Source: Demequinaceae bacterium (GTDB lineage Bacteria > Actinomycetota > Actinomycetes > Actinomycetales > Demequinaceae). From it: 32,000 bases of DNA. Every line of letters begins with the position of its first letter. Within the stretch, counting starts at the first letter, position 1. Location: contig OZ252279.1 of the NCBI GenBank assembly GCA_965250005.1, positions 90,001 through 122,000 on the forward strand, read 5' to 3'. The notes beneath the pieces were generated by a model, which searched no databases, was not told the DNA's origin, and saw only the letters and a program-made list of their open reading frames with translations. Below are positions 1 through 6,082 of this stretch, piece by piece. The translations under genes and the position numbers were made by a program.

Positions 1-2340
1 AACGGGTCGCTCGTCACTCAGCCCGCCCCGCCCCCGCGCGCCGGTTACGCGTTCGACGGCTGGTTCGACGCCTCGAGCGGCGGCTCGGCCTGGGACTTCG
101 GATCCGACACCCTCACCGGCAACGTGACTCTCTACGCGCAGTGGTCCGCTATTCCGTACACACTGGCCTTTGACAGCCAGGGCGGCACACCGGTGACCGC
201 ACAGACGGTGCCGTACGACACGCTCGCCACCGAACCCACCGACCCCACGCGTGGCGGCTACACGTTCGACGGCTGGTACACGCTCAGCTCCGGCGGCGTC
301 GTGTGGGACTTCACGACCGACACCGTGGTCGCGGACGCCACCGTTTACGCGCAATGGACGCCTGTGGACTACACGCTCACGTACGACAGCCAAGGCGGCG
401 ACGCCGTGTCGAGTGAAACCGTCGCGTACGGCGCGCTCGCGACCGAGCCCGTTGACCCGACGCGCACGGGCTATACCTTCGACGGCTGGTCCACCGCCGT
501 ATCCGGCGGAAGCGCGTGGAACTTCGCGACGAACACCATGACGGGTGACCGCACCCTCTACGCCGCGTGGACGCCCGCGTCCTACACCGTCACCTTCGAC
601 ACCCAGGGCGGCAGTAGCGTCCCGGACGAGACCGTCGACTACAACGAGTTCGCGACCGAGCCGAGCGCGCCGACCCGCACAGGTTACGCGTTCGACGGCT
701 GGTTCGACTCCGCCTCCGGTGGGACCGCGTGGGACTTCGACGCGACCACGATCACCGATGACACGACCATCTACGCGCAGTGGACCATCTTGACCAACGT
801 CGTGTCGTTCGATAGCCAGGGCGGCGGTACGGTGCCGAACCAAACCATCGACTACGACGACACTGCCACCGAGCCGACCGAGCCCACCAAGTCCGGCTAC
901 ACCTTCGAAGGCTGGTTCAGCGCTCCGACCGCCGGTACCGAGTGGGACTTCACCACCGACACCGTGGTGACCAGCCTCACGCTGTACGGCCAGTGGACCA
1001 TCGTCACGTACACCGTCAGCTACGACAGCCAAGGTGGTTCCGCCGTGGCGAGCGAGTCCGTCAACTACGGTGGCCTCGCCACCGAGCCCACCGACCCGAC
1101 GCGCACCGGCTACACGTTCGATGACTGGTATTCGGCGTCGTCGGGCGGCTTCGTGTGGGACTTCACCAGCAACACCATCACCGCCGACAAAACGCTCTAC
1201 GCCGCGTGGACCCCGATCGATTACTCCGTCACGTTCGACACGCAGGGCGGCACGGTGGTGTCCGGCCAGACCGTCAGTTACAACACCTTCGCGGCGACGC
1301 CGGCGACACCCACCCGCACCGGCTACACATTCGACGGCTGGTTCGACGCGGCGTCCGGAGGGTCCGAATGGGACTTTGGCACCGACGCGATCACCGATGA
1401 CACCACGATCTACGCGCAGTGGACGATCATCACTAACCCCGTGACGTTCGACAGCCAGGGCGGCAGCGGCGTGTCGAGCCAAACCATCGACTACGACGGC
1501 CTCGTAGTAGAGCCTGTCGACCCGACGTTCACCGGCTTCACGTTTGACGGCTGGTTCGACGCGGCGTCCGGCGGCACCGCATGGGACTTTGGCGCCGACA
1601 CCGTCACGAGCCCGGAAACCTTGTACGCGCAGTGGACAGCGATCACGTACAACGTGACGTACGACAGCCAGGGCGGCTCGGCTGTCAGTTCCGAGACCGT
1701 CGGGTACAACGCACTCGTCACCGAGCCCGCCGACCCGACGCTCACCGGCTACACGTTCGACGGCTGGTTTGACGCTTCGTCGGCCGGGGCGCCGTGGGAC
1801 TTCCCATCCGACTCCGTGCTCGCGGACACGACCCTGTACGCGCAGTGGACAGCAATCGACTACACCGTGTCGTACTCGAGCCAGGGCGGTTCCGCCGTCG
1901 CGAGCGAGACCGTCGCGTTCAACGGCATGGCGACCGAGCCGTCCGACCCGACTCGACCCGGCTACACATTTCTGGGCTGGTTCGACTCGGCGTCCGGTGG
2001 ATCGGTGTGGGACTTCACGGGCACGTCCGTGTCGGGCGACATGACGTTGTACGCCCACTGGAGCGCGATCGACTACACCGTCACGTTCGATAGCCAGGGC
2101 GGAAGCGCGGAGGCGGCCCAGACCGTCAACTACGACGACCTCGTTGCCGAGCCCTCCGACGCCACGCTTTCCGGGTACACATTCCTCGGCTGGTTCGACG
2201 CGGCGTCCGGTGGCACGCTGTGGGACTTCGCGGCGGACGGGGTCACCGGCGACGTTACGCTCTACGCGCACTGGGCGCTGCTCGTCAACGTATCCTTCGT
2301 CAACGGCGCTGACACCATTCCGTCGCAGCTCGTGATCGTG
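1..2340 (+). repeat. In-frame tandem array with a 213-bp (71-aa) unit, about 11 copies, and a 639-bp three-unit super-period over units 2-8
   Basis: The F/Y codon of the xFDSQGG motif falls at 169, 382, 595, 808, 1021, 1234, 1447, 1660, 1873 and 2086, which is exactly 213 nt apart. The next one is at 2296 (210 nt). Units 2, 5 and 8 resemble each other (Y.V.YDSQGG..V.SE.V.Y..LATEP.DPTRTGYTFD ... TLYAAWTP). So do units 3 and 6 (TFDTQGG ... ITDDTTIYAQWTI) and units 4 and 7 (TN.V.FDSQGG). Confidence 0.9.
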
Positions 2341-2625
2341 GGCGGCTATGCCGTCCCGCCGTCGACGCCCGTGCGGGACGGATACACCTTCTTGGGATGG
2401 TTCACCGATCCGACCGGGGGCGACGAGTGGGACTTCGCCGTCGATCCCGCCACCGGCGACATCGTGTTGCACGCCCACTGGGAGCGGGACACGCTAGCGG
2501 CCACGGGTGCGCCCGTCGACCGCCAGGTCACGTGGGCGCTTGGATTGCTGCTCGGGGGATTCCTCCTGCTGATGCTTGGCCGCTGGCGCCGCACGCGGCT
2601 CCTGGGCATGAACGACCCCGCCTAG
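1..2625 (+). CDS. Cell-wall-anchored surface protein made of Listeria-Bacteroides type repeats (InlB B-repeat / Flg_new-like); 5' end lies outside the window
   Basis: Frame 1 is open from nt 1 (NGSLVTQPAPPPRAGYAFDGWFDASSGGSAWDF...) and continues into the listed ORF 124..2625. The motif Y-T-x-x-F-D-S-Q-G-G ... T-E-P-x-x-P-T-R-x-G-Y-T-F-D-G-W-F ... W-D-F ... T-L-Y-A-Q-W recurs about 11 times. The protein ends with an LAATG sorting signal. Confidence 0.9.
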   Translation, partial: NGSLVTQPAPPPRAGYAFDGWFDASSGGSAWDFGSDTLTGNVTLYAQWSAIPYTLAFDSQGGTPVTAQTVPYDTLATEPTDPTRGGYTFDGWYTLSSGGVVWDFTTDTVVADATVYAQWTPVDYTLTYDSQGGDAVSSETVAYGALATEPVDPTRTGYTFDGWSTAVSGGSAWNFATNTMTGDRTLYAAWTPASYTVTFDTQGGSSVPDETVDYNEFATEPSAPTRTGYAFDGWFDSASGGTAWDFDATTITDDTTIYAQWTILTNVVSFDSQGGGTVPNQTIDYDDTATEPTEPTKSGYTFEGWFSAPTAGTEWDFTTDTVVTSLTLYGQWTIVTYTVSYDSQGGSAVASESVNYGGLATEPTDPTRTGYTFDDWYSASSGGFVWDFTSNTITADKTLYAAWTPIDYSVTFDTQGGTVVSGQTVSYNTFAATPATPTRTGYTFDGWFDAASGGSEWDFGTDAITDDTTIYAQWTIITNPVTFDSQGGSGVSSQTIDYDGLVVEPVDPTFTGFTFDGWFDAASGGTAWDFGADTVTSPETLYAQWTAITYNVTYDSQGGSAVSSETVGYNALVTEPADPTLTGYTFDGWFDASSAGAPWDFPSDSVLADTTLYAQWTAIDYTVSYSSQGGSAVASETVAFNGMATEPSDPTRPGYTFLGWFDSASGGSVWDFTGTSVSGDMTLYAHWSAIDYTVTFDSQGGSAEAAQTVNYDDLVAEPSDATLSGYTFLGWFDAASGGTLWDFAADGVTGDVTLYAHWALLVNVSFVNGADTIPSQLVIVGGYAVPPSTPVRDGYTFLGWFTDPTGGDEWDFAVDPATGDIVLHAHWERDTLAATGAPVDRQVTWALGLLLGGFLLLMLGRWRRTRLLGMNDPA
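2494..2625 (+). other. C-terminal sortase sorting signal: LAATG (LAxTG, class E sortase type), hydrophobic span, basic tail
   Basis: cta gcg gcc acg ggt at 2494-2508 encodes LAATG. It is followed by APVDRQVTWALGLLLGGFLLLMLG and then RWRRTR, close to the stop codon. Confidence 0.75.
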
Positions 2626-2973
2626 GCACCTTCCACGTCTTCCAGCTGCTCGAGCGTGTGGCGGATCTCCACCAGGTTGCTAGCGGCCGCCATAACCTTG
2701 TCGTCGTCCTTGTAGGCGCCCGGTATCTCGTCGATGAACGCGCCGGAGTCCCGGTGACTGCCACCGTGGAGCCGTACGCGTTCGGGACGGCGTTCGTCAC
2801 GACCGTCGGCTACTACTACGCGAACTTCCCCGGCTACACCCAGTCCACGTGGGCCACGGGCGGAGAGAACTACGCGAGCGCCGCGATCGCCGCCCATTCA
2901 CCACCGAGTGTAGAGCCGGTCCTCGGGCCCGCGACGCGTCGCTGAGTAGTTTCACCCTTATCCCAGCCGGACG

Positions 2974-3312
2974 TTACCGCGGCAAGTTGGGGCCGGGCGC
3001 GTACATCTCGCGCCAGCCTTCGGGCAGCCCGCTTTGCGTGTGCTGGGGGATCCACCCGACCAGCGCCAGTTTGAAGCCGTGCGCCATCGCGGCGCCACCG
3101 CCGCGGCCCGCCGCCTGAGCGACCGAAACGCCGAGGACCCACATCGCTCCCGCCGCGACGGCAATGGTGGCGACGAAGAACGCAGGCATCGCGTCCCTGG
3201 CGCCTTGCGTGATCAGCACGCCCATCCCGCCGATGGCGAGCACGAACCAGCCGAGCGCGATGACAACGTACGTGCGCTGCGCGGCCTTGGACCAGGTCTT
3301 GAAACGGATCAT
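2974..3312 (-). CDS. Small membrane protein (112 aa, two hydrophobic spans), family not recognised; paralog copy 1
   Basis: ATG-started ORF with high GC3 and hydrophobic segments VVIALGWFVLAIGGMGVLI and AFFVATIAVAAGAMWVLGV. A second copy at 8686-8985 matches at about 80 of 99 aligned residues by hand alignment. Confidence 0.7.
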   Translation of the reverse strand: MIRFKTWSKAAQRTYVVIALGWFVLAIGGMGVLITQGARDAMPAFFVATIAVAAGAMWVLGVSVAQAAGRGGGAAMAHGFKLALVGWIPQHTQSGLPEGWREMYAPGPNLPR

Positions 3313-3348
3313 GTGTTCAGGTTCTCACGCGGAGTGCGGTCTGTGCCG
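2974..3348 (-). repeat. Direct repeat copy 1 (small membrane-protein gene plus 36-nt upstream leader)
   Basis: Collinear with 8686-9060 from the stop codon through 36 nt upstream of the start position. The leader matches at 28 of 36 nt by hand count. Similarity stops at both ends. Confidence 0.8.
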
Positions 3349-3469
3349 CGCTATTGGGAACCGGCAGTCCGATCCCCACGTGTCCGTGACTCCCAGTCCT
3401 CGACCCAGTCCGCCGGATAGTTCGGTACTGAGTGTTCGCCGCGCATCGGCTGCCTGCCGAACGAAGGTG

Positions 3470-3485
3470 GAGACCTCGAGGTCTC
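3470..3485. promoter_or_regulatory. Perfect 16-bp palindrome GAGACCTCGAGGTCTC in a divergent intergenic region; candidate operator or hairpin
   Basis: Read directly from the sequence; the string equals its own reverse complement. Flanking bases extend it imperfectly (gtGG...tCac). It lies between the divergent starts at 3312 (-) and 3616 (+). Confidence 0.35.
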
Positions 3486-3580
3486 TCACGAACTGCGCCC
3501 TGTCCCGGTTACGGGCGGCCCGAAGGCTGCGCGGCCTAGCCACGCCCAAGCGCCTTCGCGTGGAGCCTGCCTCCGGGCGC

Positions 3581-3609
3581 TTGACGGGGGCACTCGTTCA
3601 CACTAGGTT
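3581..3609 (+). promoter_or_regulatory. Candidate sigma-70-type promoter giving a leaderless transcript for the 3616 gene
   Basis: TTGACG at 3581-3586, a 17-nt spacer, then TAGGTT at 3604-3609. The GTG start at 3616 is 6 nt after the -10 element and has no Shine-Dalgarno sequence. Confidence 0.35.
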
Positions 3610-3615
3610 CGCCAC

Positions 3616-4386
3616 GTGACAACGCCGACTACACCGAGCGCCGAGGCGCCACTGCCCGGAACCCCTCCCGTGCACGGCACTAAGCCGTCACATGGTTACG
3701 GGGAACTCCTCGGGTCGATGCCCGCGCCCGTCGAGGTGAAGAGGCGCAACGCCACTAGCATCGTGCGGTGGATGTCCGGCGGCATCGTGCTCCTCGTGGT
3801 ACTTCTGATTGCTGGCGCGGTGTTCCTTTTCAAGTCGAGCTTCTCTGACGAATCTCCGAACTATGCGGACGAGCCCGTGTCCGCACAGGTTGCGCCCGCT
3901 GTTGGCTGGGTGCAGGTCACCGATTCTCAGTCCCGCCTCGCCTTCGACGTGCCCGCCCACTGGCGCGACGCGACCGAGGTAGTGCCGGGATCCGATGCAC
4001 TGATTGATTCCTCTCCAGACGTGGAGCAGGTGCGCGCGTGGCTCGCCGGTGACGGCGTCAGCGAGCCACTGATGCTGGTCTCGGTTTTTGCCAGCACCGA
4101 CCCGGTGCCTCTTCCAGGCAAAATCCACGCAGAATCCTTCCTGCTCGGGGTCGAGGCAACCGCAGGTCCCCTGACCGTTGAAGATTCCGCGGCGATCACT
4201 ACGTCAAACGGGCTGGTGGGTCATTGGATCACCTATCGAATCTCGGTATCGGGGGATGACGCGGACGGCGCGGTAGTGGCATTGACCCACGGAACAACCG
4301 CGTTCATTCTCTCGGTAACTGCCTACGAGTCGGACGTGGACCCCGAACTCATCAACGAGATAGTCGAGACTGTTCGCATCGACTAG
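3616..4386 (+). CDS. Single-pass membrane protein with a ~180-aa extracytoplasmic domain, family not recognised (cassette gene A)
   Basis: 256-aa ORF. It has a Pro/Thr-rich N-terminus, then KRRNATSIVRW, one hydrophobic span GGIVLLVVLLIAGAVFLF, and a soluble C-terminal domain. GC3 is somewhat lower than in flanking genes. Confidence 0.7.
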   Translation: MTTPTTPSAEAPLPGTPPVHGTKPSHGYGELLGSMPAPVEVKRRNATSIVRWMSGGIVLLVVLLIAGAVFLFKSSFSDESPNYADEPVSAQVAPAVGWVQVTDSQSRLAFDVPAHWRDATEVVPGSDALIDSSPDVEQVRAWLAGDGVSEPLMLVSVFASTDPVPLPGKIHAESFLLGVEATAGPLTVEDSAAITTSNGLVGHWITYRISVSGDDADGAVVALTHGTTAFILSVTAYESDVDPELINEIVETVRID

Positions 4387-4590
4387 ATTGCGCAACTCAC
4401 GCGCGAACGAGGGCGTTGTGGCACGCTATTGCCCGAGCACCCGTCTGGCGATTGGGTCCTCTCACAGCCGCAAGCGCCCACCCCGTGCAGATCCAGGGCG
4501 ATCACCCGCGCTCGCGCAGATCTGAAGGTTTGTGTACTTTGACCCGATGTTGCAATCGCAAGTTGTCGGAAGCGAAGGAGCTCACTGGAC

Positions 4591-5841
4591 ATGAATTCGA
4601 GTCGCGTCAAAGAGTTCACAGTTTCACTCGGCACCGTCACCGCGACTGCCGCGTTCGTTACCCTCATCGTGTTTGCCGCACTCGCATTCAATCACGTCGA
4701 ACTCGGGGTCAACTTGGCGGTGTCCGGGCTCTTGTTGGGCATGTTGATCCCCGTCGGACTTGAGGTTCGATCCCGATCATCGCGGCCGCGTCGAATACTA
4801 TTCCTGGACTTCCGGCGCCATCAATACGGTCAAGGTGTTGCTTCCGGCGCCCTGCGGGTCCTTCATGCGGACAAGCGCCAGTGGCTTGTCGATGTAAAAC
4901 AGCCTGAGGCGGCTGATGGCAAAGGATCTGTGCAATGGCAAATCCGGGAAATCGAATTGGCCATCATTGACAACATCGATGGCGTGATCATCATCCCGGC
5001 GGAAGACAGCGACGAACTCTGGCACGCTCTCGCGACGCTCGTTAAATCCAACGCGATGGTGATTGCGCTTGACAGCAAGCCCCCAAATGCCGTTTATCGC
5101 CGTGTCGGTCTTGACCCGCCGCGCTTTGTCTCGGCACGTTACGAAAAAACTGGCACCCTGATCGGTAACTGGCTCGCCGATTGGATGCTCGAGGATCCTG
5201 AGAGGACCTGCATTCTGTGGATCGGACCCGAGGGCAGTTGGGCTGGAGAAGAGCGGAGCCGCCAGATTATCTACTGCCTCGTGAAGGCTGGCGTCCAGGA
5301 CCGGATGAGGCTGCAGCCAATCAACAACTGGATGCCGACTCCCGAACGGTGCAATGAAACCCTCGACGTCATTGAGGCATCGGACGGACAAGTGGCGATC
5401 TATTGTGCTGACGACGAGAACGCGCTCGCTCTCCACCTGATGACCCTGACCGACCGGACGCCGCTCCGCTCCCAAATGCGCATTGTCGGATGCAACGCGA
5501 CTCCAGACGACTGGGGAAACATCCCAGCCGTAGACATGCACGCTGTCGACGTGACTGTCGATATTCTCGCTCAAGAGCAGGGCGCGGAGGCGGCACGGCT
5601 GCTCGTGCTTGAACGGTACGGAAAGTTGTCATCCACGCAACGGAGCGTCTACATTGCCCCGCACATCCTGGTTCCGGGGGCACGGGAAGTCCGCTGGCTG
5701 GACCGGATCTTTGACGGTCACGATGTTGAGATCGCTACTCCTGCTCCTCCTACGCCAGGGGAGGCCCCCAGCGAGCCAAGCATTCCGGTGGTCACCACTC
5801 GCCACAACACCAAGAAGCGCGACAAAGGGACTCCCTCGTAG
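4591..5841 (+). CDS. Membrane-tethered periplasmic-binding-protein type I (LacI/ribose-binding-like) ligand-binding domain protein without an HTH (cassette gene B)
   Basis: GAAGGAG lies 7-8 nt before the ATG. Two N-terminal hydrophobic spans are followed by RSRSSRPRR. PBP1-like blocks are present: DGVIIIPAEDSDELWHALATLVKSNAMVIALD, VSARYEKTGTLIGNWLADWM, CILWIGPEG, VAIYCADDENALALHLMTL and MRIVGCNATPDD. Many A/T-ending codons (aaa, caa, gaa, att, gat) contrast with neighbouring genes. Confidence 0.75.
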   Translation: MNSSRVKEFTVSLGTVTATAAFVTLIVFAALAFNHVELGVNLAVSGLLLGMLIPVGLEVRSRSSRPRRILFLDFRRHQYGQGVASGALRVLHADKRQWLVDVKQPEAADGKGSVQWQIREIELAIIDNIDGVIIIPAEDSDELWHALATLVKSNAMVIALDSKPPNAVYRRVGLDPPRFVSARYEKTGTLIGNWLADWMLEDPERTCILWIGPEGSWAGEERSRQIIYCLVKAGVQDRMRLQPINNWMPTPERCNETLDVIEASDGQVAIYCADDENALALHLMTLTDRTPLRSQMRIVGCNATPDDWGNIPAVDMHAVDVTVDILAQEQGAEAARLLVLERYGKLSSTQRSVYIAPHILVPGAREVRWLDRIFDGHDVEIATPAPPTPGEAPSEPSIPVVTTRHNTKKRDKGTPS

Positions 5842-6082
5842 CGATTGCCAGAGGCGCTCGAAATCCGGTAATAATGGGGGCGAGATCAGCAATGATGCGG
5901 CAGAGGCATTCTTGGCAATGCTTCGCCAGGTCACGGATGTCGCCGATGGGGCCGCCGTATCCGCCGCGAACATGATCCCCGTGGCCCCGGCGGCGAAGAT
6001 GTAGGTTCAATCGAGACCCGCAACCCTCGCAAACCTCTCGTTCCGGTCGCGGATTGACCGGATCAGGGCTACATTTCGGCCT

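Noticed and set aside
1-2340. The regular repeats as a CRISPR array, and the recurring ggctggttcgac as tRNA T-arm-like GGTTCGA.
   Set aside because: The repeats are 213-bp in-frame coding units with no spacer structure. The GGTTCGA strings are the G-W-F-D codons of each unit and lack any surrounding cloverleaf.
2649-2720. A cluster that looks vector-like: XhoI (ctcgag, 2649-2654), NheI (gctagc, 2679-2684) and NotI (gcggccgc, 2683-2690) sites next to a minus-strand AYKDDDK that resembles a FLAG tag.
   Set aside because: The FLAG tag is DYKDDDDK. This sequence has A instead of the first D and only three Asp residues. GC-rich 6-8-mers such as these are expected by chance in DNA of this composition. 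No other vector hallmarks flank the cluster.
3164-3619. Plus-strand ORFs 3164..3619 and 8945..9454 share an N-terminal sequence (MASTNQPSAMTT...), which hints at a second paralogous gene pair.
   Set aside because: Both are the antisense shadow of the duplicated small membrane-protein genes. The similarity is just the repeat read on the other strand.
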